Part shown: in pieces, positions 27,917 to 38,111 of the stretch
How the letters are laid out: every line of letters begins with the position of its first letter
Numbering within the stretch: position 1 is the stretch's first letter
IMG/VR virus record: IMGVR_UViG_3300017917_000723
Location: 1,251-65,250 of that record
DNA: 64,000 nucleotides
Source: a virus
Taxonomy: Duplodnaviria; Caudoviricetes
Strand: one strand, 5' to 3'
The notes under the pieces: model-generated
The model's database searches: none
Seen by the model: only the letters and a program-made list of their open reading frames with translations
Told to the model about the DNA's origin: nothing
Position numbers and translations under genes: made by a program

Positions 27917-27937
27917 TATTTATCGTAGCGGTAAATA
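27917..27937. promoter_or_regulatory. Back-to-back late promoter cores for gp13 (-) and gp14 (+)
   Basis: tattta at 27917-27922 (minus TAAATA) and TAAATA at 27932-27937. Confidence 0.7.
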
Positions 27938-27944
27938 TATGACT

Positions 27945-29339
27945 ATGCCAAGACTTTCGCTATACCGCCCAGAAAAGGGCAACGACTACAAATTTATCGA
28001 TAAAAATATCTGGGAAATGTTTCAGGTTGGCGGTACTGACGTTTTTGTACACAAATATTTAGGCCCAAACACTTCTGTGCAGGGCAACACACCTAGCACT
28101 CCTGAATATACTGGCGGAGATGATCCTTTTAAGATACAAGATTTGTTATTCTTAGAAAATCGAGATCGAAAATATGATCCAGATGTTTATATTCTTAGAG
28201 GAGTTTATAACTTACAGGATATTGATTTTAATCTAAGTCAATTTGGACTATTTTTACAAAATGATACAGTGTTTATGACATTTCATATTAATGATACTGT
28301 AGAAAAACTCGGCCGTAAGATTATTGCAGGAGATGTTATCGAACTTCCGCACCTAAAAGACGAATATGCCCTGAATGATTTTAAGTATGCTCTAAAAAGA
28401 TACTATGTGATAGAAGAAGTTAGTCGAGCTGCGGAAGGATTTTCTGTAACATGGTATCCCCATTTATATAGAGCGAAGTGTAAACCGTTAGTTGATAGTC
28501 AAGAATACAAACAAATACTCGACGGAATCGCAAATTCTGATTCTGACAAAGGCACATATAATTCTGCTATTACATATTATCCCGGAGATATTATCACCGG
28601 ACCAGATGGTAAAAAGTACGAAGTGATACAAGAAGTTACCGGTGTTGCACCTCCTGACACAACATATTATCAGCTTGCAGATACTCTTAGAGATATCATT
28701 AGTACCTATAACAAAGAGATGGAAATCACTCAGGCTGTACTTAATCAAGCCGAGGCCGATGCACCTAAAAGTGGTTACGACACTAGCAAATATTGGACCT
28801 TACAACGTTCCGACGATGGTACAGCAGAATTGGCTACGACCGATGCTAGCCAAGTTACTGTTGATGCTGCTACACAGGCAACTGATATCGATGGAAACTT
28901 ATTATATGATAATAACGGAGATCCGATATATGTAGGTCAAACAGCTAGTTCTGTTTCTATGCCCGTAGATGGAGATGGTTATAATGGATATCTAACTGCT
29001 GACGGTTTACCGCCGAACGGTGCACCTTTTACAGCAGGATTGGCATTTCCAATTAATCCTAGCACAGGACAATTCTGTTTGAGAACAGACTACTTACCTA
29101 ATAGATTGTTTAGATATAACGGTAGTAGATGGGTTAAATTCGAAGATAATGTACGTATGACAATGAGCAACTTAGGTGAAAGCGATGTCGGAACTGGTGA
29201 TACTTTTGCCGGTAAGGAAGTTCGTAAGACACAGAAAACAACATTTATTAACAATACTAATGTTGATACGATCGACGGACATACTACTCAAGAAAAACAA
29301 AGCCTTAGTAAGGCTCTTAGACCACAGGCAGACGAATAA
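27945..29339 (+). CDS. gp14: Neck/head-closure protein with C-terminal extension
   Basis: MPRLSLY start; DLLFLENRDRKY, LSQFGLF and GDVIELPH; position between gp13 and gp15. Confidence 0.75.
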   Translation: MPRLSLYRPEKGNDYKFIDKNIWEMFQVGGTDVFVHKYLGPNTSVQGNTPSTPEYTGGDDPFKIQDLLFLENRDRKYDPDVYILRGVYNLQDIDFNLSQFGLFLQNDTVFMTFHINDTVEKLGRKIIAGDVIELPHLKDEYALNDFKYALKRYYVIEEVSRAAEGFSVTWYPHLYRAKCKPLVDSQEYKQILDGIANSDSDKGTYNSAITYYPGDIITGPDGKKYEVIQEVTGVAPPDTTYYQLADTLRDIISTYNKEMEITQAVLNQAEADAPKSGYDTSKYWTLQRSDDGTAELATTDASQVTVDAATQATDIDGNLLYDNNGDPIYVGQTASSVSMPVDGDGYNGYLTADGLPPNGAPFTAGLAFPINPSTGQFCLRTDYLPNRLFRYNGSRWVKFEDNVRMTMSNLGESDVGTGDTFAGKEVRKTQKTTFINNTNVDTIDGHTTQEKQSLSKALRPQADE

Positions 29340-30859
29340 TGGATTACTTTTACGACGGTCAGATAAGAAGATATGTCACACAGTTTATGCGTGTGTTTAT
29401 CGGTTTTAAGTGGAAGGCCGGTGACGGTGCAGAAACTACAGTTCCTGTTATGTACGGAGACATGACTCGTCAAGTAGCGGCATTAATTAAAGAAAATTCT
29501 GAAAACAAAATGCCTAGTGTACCTCGCATAGCCTGTTATATCACAGGTCTTGAAATGGCTACAGATCGATTAGCAGATCCAACATTCGTTAGTAAAGTTC
29601 ATATTAGAGAACGTAGATATACAGATGCAGGAGGAACTAGAGACTATCAGAACGTCCAAGGCGGAAATTATACAGTTGAAAGACTAATGCCTACGCCGTT
29701 TAAATTAACCATGAAGGCCGATATCTGGACTTCAAACACTGATCAGAAATTACAGTTACTAGAACAAATATTAGTTTTGTTTAATCCTAGTTTAGAATTA
29801 CAAACCACAGACAATTACATAGACTGGACTAGTCTTAGCGCCATGTACCTAACTACAACAAATTTTACCAGTAGAACAATACCTGCAGGAGCAGAAAGTG
29901 AAATTGATGTTTGTAGTTTAGAATTTGAAATGCCTATATGGATTACTCCTCCAGCTAAGGTCAAGAAGTTAGGCATAGTACAAAGTGTTATTTCTAATGT
30001 ATTCTCAGAAACAGGTGAGGTTGTAAATCTAGACGACCTAGTCTATAACAGAAGAACAGGATCATTTAGTACTACTTCTAATAGATATCGAGTATTATTG
30101 TTTAAGTCAAATACCGGTAACCTTACAGATAACTTATATGATCTAACATTAGTTAATCCCGACTCTGCTGTTCTAGCATTAGGGTTATCTCAAAAATCTG
30201 TTAAGAACGGCGAACCGATAGCATGGGAAAATATATTAGAAGTTCAAGGCGGTTACCAGCCTGGCAGCGAAGTTTGGTTTAAGAAGGAAGACGGGTCAGA
30301 GATTATCGGAACTTTCGTAATTAATTCTCTAGATAGTAGTATTTTAACAGTAACCTTAGATCCAGATACGTATCCAGTAAATACCGATATATCTAGCAAT
30401 ATAGAAACAAGAGGAACTGTTGATGCTATCATAGATCCTTACAAATATAATCCTTTAGAAGTTTATGGTACACACGCTAACATCCCAGTCGGGCTTCGTT
30501 TCTTAATGTTAGACGATGTTAATAACAGCATCAATAGAGACGGATATATAGAATATCCCTCTAATCCAGCAGATAGTACCAGTGTTCCGTATAGAGGTCC
30601 TCAAGCATGGAGAGAACCAAGCAATAACGATAGTTCTTGGGAAAACCAAGACGGAACCGATCCAATAATTCTAGCAAATTCTATAGTAGAATGGAACGGC
30701 ACACAGTGGAATACTATTTGGAATCCTGCAGACCACACGGAAACTGTCTATATCCAAAATATCCGTACAGGCATCAAATATAAGTGGGACGGAGAACAGT
30801 GGCTCAAAGCCTTTGAAGGCGAGTACGGGCCAGGACAGTGGAACTTTAAACTAGTCTAA
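29339..30859 (+). CDS. gp15: Tail terminator/sheath stabiliser with C-terminal extension
   Basis: YFYDGQIRRY, VPVMYG, PRI, PTPFKL and QLLEQILVLFNP. Confidence 0.85.
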   Translation: MDYFYDGQIRRYVTQFMRVFIGFKWKAGDGAETTVPVMYGDMTRQVAALIKENSENKMPSVPRIACYITGLEMATDRLADPTFVSKVHIRERRYTDAGGTRDYQNVQGGNYTVERLMPTPFKLTMKADIWTSNTDQKLQLLEQILVLFNPSLELQTTDNYIDWTSLSAMYLTTTNFTSRTIPAGAESEIDVCSLEFEMPIWITPPAKVKKLGIVQSVISNVFSETGEVVNLDDLVYNRRTGSFSTTSNRYRVLLFKSNTGNLTDNLYDLTLVNPDSAVLALGLSQKSVKNGEPIAWENILEVQGGYQPGSEVWFKKEDGSEIIGTFVINSLDSSILTVTLDPDTYPVNTDISSNIETRGTVDAIIDPYKYNPLEVYGTHANIPVGLRFLMLDDVNNSINRDGYIEYPSNPADSTSVPYRGPQAWREPSNNDSSWENQDGTDPIILANSIVEWNGTQWNTIWNPADHTETVYIQNIRTGIKYKWDGEQWLKAFEGEYGPGQWNFKLV

Positions 30860-30872
30860 GCTAAGTAAAGGC

Positions 30873-31259
30873 ATGCAGCAGCGTGCCGGCTTATTATTCC
30901 TAGCAAAAAACACAGGAAGAGTCCTATTAATTTTAGAGGACTCTCGATGGACTGTACCTACTTTTCCTAGAAAAGGTGCGCTCATAGATGATGCTATAGA
31001 TCTTTTAAAAAATTATTCGCAAGGAAGGATATTGCCTATAGAACTTTATCTTTCCGAAGATCGTGGTTTTGAATACGGTACATACGTTTGCGTAGTTGAA
31101 GAAGAATTTTTAACCCTAGCGGCCGACACAATTTGTTGGTCTGGGTTAGATTATCTGCCCAAACAGCTACATACTGGATTAAAAATCACACTGAATAATC
31201 AGATTATTAGAACTAAAATTGAAACAATAATGGAGTTAGAAAAAGATGCTTCAAGCTAA
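30873..31259 (+). CDS. Degenerate NUDIX-fold-like protein
   Basis: AGLLFLAKNTGRVLL...FEYGTYVCVVEEEF...W...LPKQLH resembles phage NUDIX proteins, but the Nudix box is absent. TAAGTA-N5-ATG upstream. Confidence 0.5.
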   Translation: MQQRAGLLFLAKNTGRVLLILEDSRWTVPTFPRKGALIDDAIDLLKNYSQGRILPIELYLSEDRGFEYGTYVCVVEEEFLTLAADTICWSGLDYLPKQLHTGLKITLNNQIIRTKIETIMELEKDASS

Positions 31260-31503
31260 TCAAAGATTTCAAGAAGATGTTAAACGATATACCGAGGCTA
31301 TTAATGATATGCCCGACAGTCAGGGAAAAATCGAAGCTCAAAAACTTCTTAATGATCTTATATACGAAGTAAAAAACATGGACAATATGTTTATGGATAT
31401 GGTGTATTCAAAACAGCTACCTTCTCTCGGAGCAGAAATTAGAGATCGGATAACTGATATCAGAAAAAAGTTAGATAAAAAAATAGCAAGACAGTCTGTA
31501 TGA
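31246..31503 (+). CDS. Hypothetical helical protein
   Basis: 85 aa ORF overlapping both neighbours. Confidence 0.65.
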   Translation: MLQANQRFQEDVKRYTEAINDMPDSQGKIEAQKLLNDLIYEVKNMDNMFMDMVYSKQLPSLGAEIRDRITDIRKKLDKKIARQSV

Positions 31504-32969
31504 TAAGAAGAATTAAAAATTTAGTAATCTTAGGAGGTGGCACATCTGCATGGTTATCTGCTGCCTATATGAGAAGACATTTTCCAGATCTAAGAATTTC
31601 GGTGGTCGATAAAGAAGTTAGTACTCCTGTCGGTGTCGGTGAAGGAACTCTATTAAATTTCAAAACGTTCATGGAAAACTGCGGGTTTCAGGTAGACGAT
31701 TGGTTTCCTAAAATTGATGCCACATACAAAGCAGGTATTTTATTTCCGAATTGGAAAAAGAAAGGATTAACAGTTTGGCATCCCTTTAAGATGAATCCTT
31801 TAATGTATGAAAATGTTAACCTGTTTGATCTATGGAGCTCTAATCAAGACTTAGACTTCGCGAACTATGGCACAACAATGTATGATATTACTGTTAATAG
31901 AAATAAAATAGATCTCTCGGAGAATTACGGATTTCATGTTGATTGTTTAAAATTAGTAAATTATATAAAAGAAAAATTAGGAAATTCTGTAGAACTAATA
32001 AATTCCGAAATGGTTGAAGTTATTAGAGATGAAGACCAGCATATCACTGAACTGATATTAAAAAATAATCGGATAATTAAAGGAGATTTATTTTTTGATT
32101 GCACAGGATTTAAATCTTTGTTAAACGAATCTCCAGCGAGAGTAGATTTAAAAAATAGACTTTTCTGCGATACAGCTATTGCAGGACATGTTCCTTACGA
32201 CGATCGCAAAACAGAACTAAGACCTTATGTTATTTCAGAAGCGGTTGAATGTGGTTGGATATGGAATATCCCAACAAGGAAACGTATTGGGTCAGGATTA
32301 GTTTTTAATCGTAGCATAACAGATATTGAAGAAGCTAAGGATATATTTGTAAAGCACTGGCAGAATAGAATTTCCAAAGAAAATTTAAAAGTTATAGACT
32401 GGACTCCTTTTTATAACGAAAACTTTTGGCATGAGAATGTGATATCGATTGGCCTAAGTGCAGGATTTATAGAACCTTTAGAAAGCACAGGCATCGCCCT
32501 TATTATGGAGGGAATATATCAAGCTGCTCAACGCATCAGAGGATATAAATTCGAAGACCTAGATATCGAAGTGTATAACAAAATCATGAAATGCTTCTTT
32601 GAAGAAAGTATAGATTTTGTAGGTATGCACTATTCTGTAACTGAACGGGAAGAACCGTTTTGGAAATTTGTTAAAGAGAATTCTAAGATTTCTCAGAGAC
32701 AGCAATTCTATATAGATCAATTAAAAGATCCATCTCAAGCAGTTCCATATCAAGGTACAAATACAAACTTCTTCTGCGGAGAAAATTGGTCAATTTGGTT
32801 GATACAATTAGGGTGGAATCCGGCTCCTAGAAATGTGTTAGTTCCCGAAGAGCAGGCCAGAGAAATACTAATTAGCTACCACGATAGAAATGAAAAATTT
32901 AGACATGTATGGTCTAGAGATCATGTTGGCGAAATAGAAAGATTAGAAAATTTTTATAATTTGGAATAA
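31500..32969 (+). CDS. Flavin-dependent (tryptophan) halogenase family protein
   Basis: GGGTSAW FAD motif, GVGEGT, ATYKAGI (catalytic Lys position), FDCTGF, GWIWNIP (WxWxIP) and GFIEPLESTG. Confidence 0.92.
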   Translation: MIRRIKNLVILGGGTSAWLSAAYMRRHFPDLRISVVDKEVSTPVGVGEGTLLNFKTFMENCGFQVDDWFPKIDATYKAGILFPNWKKKGLTVWHPFKMNPLMYENVNLFDLWSSNQDLDFANYGTTMYDITVNRNKIDLSENYGFHVDCLKLVNYIKEKLGNSVELINSEMVEVIRDEDQHITELILKNNRIIKGDLFFDCTGFKSLLNESPARVDLKNRLFCDTAIAGHVPYDDRKTELRPYVISEAVECGWIWNIPTRKRIGSGLVFNRSITDIEEAKDIFVKHWQNRISKENLKVIDWTPFYNENFWHENVISIGLSAGFIEPLESTGIALIMEGIYQAAQRIRGYKFEDLDIEVYNKIMKCFFEESIDFVGMHYSVTEREEPFWKFVKENSKISQRQQFYIDQLKDPSQAVPYQGTNTNFFCGENWSIWLIQLGWNPAPRNVLVPEEQAREILISYHDRNEKFRHVWSRDHVGEIERLENFYNLE

Positions 32970-32972
32970 TAT

Positions 32973-33728
32973 ATGCAATTAAAATCTTCTTACTATTATT
33001 TTCAGAGTGCAATTCCTAAAGAAATTTGCCGAAGGATAATAGACCTAGGATTAGAAAAACTCAACGACTACAAAAAAACCGGAAAACGCATTGATGCTGT
33101 AACATTCAATGACAAACAAAAGGATGCTTTACCGGATAGCGTTCCTGCTGCGGACTTAACCAAAGAAGAATTAAAAAAGAAAAACGTTGATTTGTTTTAC
33201 GAAAGAGACAGTAAGGTTGCTTGGTTGAATGAAAAATGGTTGTATGATATGATACATCCGTATGTTCATGAAGCCAACGCGAGAGCAGGGTGGAATTGGC
33301 AATGGGATTACTCTGAGCAATTTCAATTCACGATCTATGAACCGGGCGGATTTTACAGTTGGCATTGCGATGGCCCTAGCGACCATAATGGAATCTTTAA
33401 AAGATATATTTACGGAGTGACTCCTAAACCTTTAAAATCCGACGGTAGGATACCAGAAGGATATGCTGCCGACGATAATATGATTGGAAAGATTAGAAAA
33501 CTAAGTTTAACAATTAATTTAAACGAACCCGGAGAATACGAAGGTGGAGAATTAAAATTTGATCTTGGAGATCACAATGACGGAAAGAAGATTGTAGTCT
33601 GTGAAGAAATAAAACCTCAAGGCAGCATAGTAGTATTTCCTAGTTTCTTACCTCACTGTGTTGCGCCGGTAACAAAAGGAACTAGGTATAGTTTAGTACT
33701 CTGGACATTAGGAAATCCGTATAAATGA
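32973..33728 (+). CDS. 2OG-Fe(II) oxygenase (PKHD/P4H-like)
   Basis: YSWHCD, RKLSLT, YEGGEL and FPSFLPHCVAPVTKGTRYSLV. Confidence 0.92.
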   Translation: MQLKSSYYYFQSAIPKEICRRIIDLGLEKLNDYKKTGKRIDAVTFNDKQKDALPDSVPAADLTKEELKKKNVDLFYERDSKVAWLNEKWLYDMIHPYVHEANARAGWNWQWDYSEQFQFTIYEPGGFYSWHCDGPSDHNGIFKRYIYGVTPKPLKSDGRIPEGYAADDNMIGKIRKLSLTINLNEPGEYEGGELKFDLGDHNDGKKIVVCEEIKPQGSIVVFPSFLPHCVAPVTKGTRYSLVLWTLGNPYK

Positions 33729-34381
33729 ACAATATTTCAAATATTCAAAACTTTTTCAACAAAAACGGTTTTGTTGTTATCAAAAATTTTATAGATAGAA
33801 ATATCGTTAATATTTTTTATCAATATACTATATTAAAAGTACAGAGTGTTGATTATAAAAAATTAAATTATCCTGATCATTATAACAAAGACTGGGACGG
33901 AAAGTTTGGAGACCCTCAAATTCCAAACTCATATAACTGTTATGGGGATACTCTAATGGATAGTCTTTTGATTTCGTCTTTAAACCAGATGGAACAATAC
34001 ACTGGCATGTCCTTAGTACCTACATATAGTTATTGGAGATTCTATCAGCTAGGCGATGTTCTTAAAAAGCATCGAGATAGAAATAGTTGTGAAATTTCTG
34101 CTACATTATGCTTAGGTTATAATGCCGAAAACATGAAAGATTTAAATTATTCTTGGCCGATCTGTGTTGAAAGCACTTTAGATCCTTCTAAAGATTTTAC
34201 AGAAATAAATTTAGAACCCGGCGACATGATCATTTACAAAGGCTGTGAATTGTTGCATTGGAGAGATGCGTATCAGGGATTAAATCACGCACAGGTATTT
34301 TTGCATTATAATAGAAAAGATAATCCCAATAATAATATTTTAGACGGCAGAAGCATATTGAGTATTCCTCATGGATTTTAA
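33725..34381 (+). CDS. 2OG-Fe(II) oxygenase-like protein
   Basis: PTYSYWRFY, LKKHRDRNSCEISATL, GCELLHWR and QVFLHY. Confidence 0.8.
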   Translation: MNNISNIQNFFNKNGFVVIKNFIDRNIVNIFYQYTILKVQSVDYKKLNYPDHYNKDWDGKFGDPQIPNSYNCYGDTLMDSLLISSLNQMEQYTGMSLVPTYSYWRFYQLGDVLKKHRDRNSCEISATLCLGYNAENMKDLNYSWPICVESTLDPSKDFTEINLEPGDMIIYKGCELLHWRDAYQGLNHAQVFLHYNRKDNPNNNILDGRSILSIPHGF

Positions 34382-34994
34382 TAATTTTTCTATTCAGACG
34401 ATTTTTCCTACTGCTATTTTAACAAATAACATCAGTAGAAAATTTACGGAAGAAGAATACAATTACATTAATAATTGTCTAGAGACTCGAATCTCCAACG
34501 TAGGAAATACAACTTCTTTAGAAAGTTATGTGTTAGACAATCCTGCACTAGCTGATCTAAAGAAATCAATTGAAGCCTGTATAGATTATTATAAAAAAGA
34601 AATCCTATGTCCTAAAGATGATATAGAAATTTATATCACACAATCATGGTTAAATGTTTCGGAAAAAGGACAACATCATCATATACACAATCACACAAAT
34701 AGTTTTCTTTCCGGAGTTTTTTACATCCAGACAGATGATAAAAATAATAAAATAACATTTCACCGAGACAGATACGATATGATAAAGTTAATTCCAAAAG
34801 AATTCAACGAATATAATTCAAAATCTTGGTGGCTACCTGCAGAGGTTGGAAATATAATTATATTTCCGTCTCACTTACAACATGATGTTTCTATTAACGA
34901 AAGCAACGAACCTAGGATTAGTTTATCCTTTAATACATTTATAAGAGGAACTGTTGGAGAGGCTGAGTCCCTAACTAAGATAGTACTGCGATGA
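34371..34994 (+). CDS. Putative 2OG-Fe(II) oxygenase (TIGR02466-like)
   Basis: SWLN, HHIHNHTNSFLSGVFY, FPSHLQHDV and RISLSFN. Confidence 0.85.
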   Translation: MDFNNFSIQTIFPTAILTNNISRKFTEEEYNYINNCLETRISNVGNTTSLESYVLDNPALADLKKSIEACIDYYKKEILCPKDDIEIYITQSWLNVSEKGQHHHIHNHTNSFLSGVFYIQTDDKNNKITFHRDRYDMIKLIPKEFNEYNSKSWWLPAEVGNIIIFPSHLQHDVSINESNEPRISLSFNTFIRGTVGEAESLTKIVLR

Positions 34995-35551
34995 ATTTAA
35001 ATTTAGATAATTATATAAAAGTTTATAATAGACTTTCTCTGTCTTTTTGTGATAACATAGTTGAAGAATTAGAAAAGTCATCTTGGGAAAAACATAGTTT
35101 CTACGTTAACTCAGAAGGAAACTATTATTCAACCGATACAGATTTTAAAGTTACATGGAATCCCCTTAAAGTCCAAGAAATTTTACATCAAGCTGTATGG
35201 GACAGTTTGTATCAATATGTTGTACAGGATATAAATTTTTCATGGTTTCACGGATGGCAACAGTTTACTGGGGTTAGGTTCAATCGTTATGAGACTAATA
35301 CAGAAATGCATAATCATTGCGATCACATACACGATATTTTTGACGGTGAGAATAAAGGAGTTCCAGTATTAAGTGTCCTCGGAATACTAAATGATGATTT
35401 CGAAGGCGGTGATTTAATATTTTTTGAAGATAAAAAAATTGAAACAAAGAAAGGAGATATAATTGTATTTCCTTCAAACTTTTTATTTCCTCATAAAGTT
35501 TCTCCAGTAACTAAAAATGTAAGGTATTCATTTGTTTCATGGGCATGGTAA
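34991..35551 (+). CDS. 2OG-Fe(II) oxygenase (prolyl-4-hydroxylase-like)
   Basis: HCDH, LNDDFEGG and FPSNFLFPHKVSPVTKNVRYSFVSW. Confidence 0.9.
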   Translation: MNLNLDNYIKVYNRLSLSFCDNIVEELEKSSWEKHSFYVNSEGNYYSTDTDFKVTWNPLKVQEILHQAVWDSLYQYVVQDINFSWFHGWQQFTGVRFNRYETNTEMHNHCDHIHDIFDGENKGVPVLSVLGILNDDFEGGDLIFFEDKKIETKKGDIIVFPSNFLFPHKVSPVTKNVRYSFVSWAW

Positions 35552-35552
35552 T

Positions 35553-37070
35553 ATGAAAATTTTAGGGTTAATCATTGGACACGATGCATCTGCATGTGTT
35601 ATAGAAGATGGAAAAATTGTTTACTATAGAATGGCCGAACGACTATCTAGAGTAAAACATGACTATAATATATTTCCTTGTTTACAAGATCTAGTAGAAG
35701 AAAATTTTGTCGAGTTTGATACTATAATTGTTTCTTACTTTTTAGATAGAGCCAAAGATGAATTTATAAAAAATCAAGATTTTATAAACGAAAATTTTTC
35801 ATTTAATAATTTAAAATTAATCAAAGATCAACATCATCTGCATCATGCGTTTGGTGCTTTATATTCATCTGGATATAACGATGCTGTAGTTATAGTGTTA
35901 GACGGTTCGGGTAGTATTAATTATAATCTAGTAGAAGGACGGGAATCTCGAGAAATTGAAAGTATATACTATATTGATTTATCTCAAAAATCAGTTGATA
36001 CAATTTATAAACACTATCACTCCGATATAGAAGAAAGGATAGTAAACAATAATATTGAAATTAGCAACGATATTAGCGTTGGTTGGGCCTTTGAAAGATG
36101 TGCTGAGAATATAGGTTTTGATATTTGGTCAGCTGGAAAAGTTATGGGATTATCTCAGTATCTTGGGCACGAGCAGTTATTAGAAGATCAATGGAAGAAC
36201 AAAGTATTTGCAGCATATGAATGTCAAACTGCTACGGAAGCTAGAGCAGAATTTTTACTATATAAGGCAATAACTTCAACAAGCTGTAAAAATATTGTAA
36301 TTACCGGTGGATATGGTTTAAATTGTTTGGCTAATTTTAAATACAGCGAGCTATTACATCGAAACTATAATCTTTATATAGATCCTATATGCTTTGATGC
36401 TGGAATTTCAATAGGTGCTGCATTCAAAGAATATGTAGAAGAAACAAACTATTACTTTCCAAAACATATAAAAAATGTTTTTATAGGCAACAAAAAATCT
36501 TACGATCTTAAAAATTATAATGCAGTTGATACTACAGAAGAATACATTTTACAGCTAATAGAAAATCAAGAACCTGTGGCTGTGTACTACGGAAATTCTG
36601 AGGCTGGTCAACGAGCATTAGGCCATAGAAGTATATTATTCGACCCAAGGAATCCTAACGGTAAAGATCTAATGAACACAATAAAAAACAGAGAATCTTT
36701 TAGACCTTTTGGATGTAGTGTTCTAATCGACCTAGCATTTGAATGGTTTAGAAGTGATACAATAACATCCTCTCCGTTTATGACCTATGCTGTACCAGTC
36801 AGAGAAAAATATAAAAAATACATTCCTGCAGTCGTTCATATAGATGGAACTTCTAGGATACAAACATTAGATCCTCAGAATAATGAGTATCTATATTCTT
36901 TAGTTGAGAAGTTTTATAAGAAAACTGGTATTCCGTTGTTAGGAAATACCAGTTTGAATTTAGCGGGAGAACCGTTAGTTGAAACTTTAGAAGATGCTGT
37001 TAACGTATTACATAACAGTGATTTAAAATATCTATATCTTCCCAAAGAACAAAAACTTATAACAGTTTAA
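35553..37070 (+). CDS. O-carbamoyltransferase (NodU/CmcH/TobZ family)
   Basis: GHDAS, ERLSRVKH, HHLHHA, DGSG, GKVMGL, GGYGLNC, RALGHRSI, KNRESFRPF and NTSLN. Start at ATG 35553. Confidence 0.93.
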   Translation: MKILGLIIGHDASACVIEDGKIVYYRMAERLSRVKHDYNIFPCLQDLVEENFVEFDTIIVSYFLDRAKDEFIKNQDFINENFSFNNLKLIKDQHHLHHAFGALYSSGYNDAVVIVLDGSGSINYNLVEGRESREIESIYYIDLSQKSVDTIYKHYHSDIEERIVNNNIEISNDISVGWAFERCAENIGFDIWSAGKVMGLSQYLGHEQLLEDQWKNKVFAAYECQTATEARAEFLLYKAITSTSCKNIVITGGYGLNCLANFKYSELLHRNYNLYIDPICFDAGISIGAAFKEYVEETNYYFPKHIKNVFIGNKKSYDLKNYNAVDTTEEYILQLIENQEPVAVYYGNSEAGQRALGHRSILFDPRNPNGKDLMNTIKNRESFRPFGCSVLIDLAFEWFRSDTITSSPFMTYAVPVREKYKKYIPAVVHIDGTSRIQTLDPQNNEYLYSLVEKFYKKTGIPLLGNTSLNLAGEPLVETLEDAVNVLHNSDLKYLYLPKEQKLITV

Positions 37071-38110
37071 GCACCGCGTACAAATATATGTACGAATTGT
37101 ATGGCGTGTCCTTCACCGTTTACTTGATTAGTACCGTTAGCATTAAATCCGGGATAATGACATTCGGATCCTGTGCTAAACCCGCTGTATTGTCCGGTGC
37201 CGCCCGCGCCACCGCCACCGGCTCCGCTGTGTCCGCTCCAGGTCCATGTAAACAAACGACGCCAGTCGTTGGCACCGCCATAATCATTGTCGGACCATGA
37301 AGTAATCGTTCCTTGAGAGGATGCAACTCCTCCTGTACACATAGGTCCAAAATATCTAGTACAGTTCACTGAAGTTGCGCTCTCTGTTGCACTTGTGCTT
37401 GAGTTATCAACGCTATTATTGCCGTTAAAATCGCTCCAGTGGAAGTTACCAGATTGGCCGGTCCAGTAATAACTATCTCCTAATTCTGGTCTGTTAATAA
37501 TCATTCTAACGTTGGTCCAGGCGCTGCCGCCGCAGGCTGCACGAACCCAATCTCTAGGCATATATCTAGGATTTCTATTACTGGTTGGAAAATTTTGAGC
37601 TGTGCCGATTCCGTTATTAAATGGTACATCTACCGAGCTGAAGCCTAAATTGTTTGATCTTAAGCCAGTGGCAAAATCACCGTTACCAGCATTTAAATGC
37701 CAAGTATTATATCCTGCAACAGTTGCACCTTGGCGTCCTTCTCTGCCTACACCAACTAACATCCAGCCTCCGGTGAATCCTCCTACAGATGTAGTCATGT
37801 CGCAGAAGATTCTATAGGCTGTTTGTCCTGGTGGTTTAATCCAATAATCACCGCTGATGTTTGTTCCTGTTAAGGTTTTAATTGCTGCTGCGTTTGGTGC
37901 TGCTAGTGCTTCGGTTGATCCGTCTAGACCAGCAACGTTTCCGTTTTCAAGATTAATCCAGTTTGTGCCGTTGTAATATTCAGTAATGTTAAATGTTGTA
38001 TTAAAACGAATCATTCCAGCAGCAGGACTTCCTGGACGCTGTGCTGTAGTACCGTTTGGTATTCTAATAAATCCTGTGTCGTTAATTGTTGTATTTTTTA
38101 ATGTTGCCAT
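37067..38110 (-). CDS. Fibre/receptor-binding protein: N-terminal adaptor plus fibrinogen-like domain
   Basis: MATLKNTT...GTTAQRP...GMIRFN...EYYNGTNW, then SGDYWIKP...FCDMT...GGWMLV. Confidence 0.75.
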   Translation of the reverse strand: MATLKNTTINDTGFIRIPNGTTAQRPGSPAAGMIRFNTTFNITEYYNGTNWINLENGNVAGLDGSTEALAAPNAAAIKTLTGTNISGDYWIKPPGQTAYRIFCDMTTSVGGFTGGWMLVGVGREGRQGATVAGYNTWHLNAGNGDFATGLRSNNLGFSSVDVPFNNGIGTAQNFPTSNRNPRYMPRDWVRAACGGSAWTNVRMIINRPELGDSYYWTGQSGNFHWSDFNGNNSVDNSSTSATESATSVNCTRYFGPMCTGGVASSQGTITSWSDNDYGGANDWRRLFTWTWSGHSGAGGGGAGGTGQYSGFSTGSECHYPGFNANGTNQVNGEGHAIQFVHIFVRGA

Positions 38111-38111
38111 A

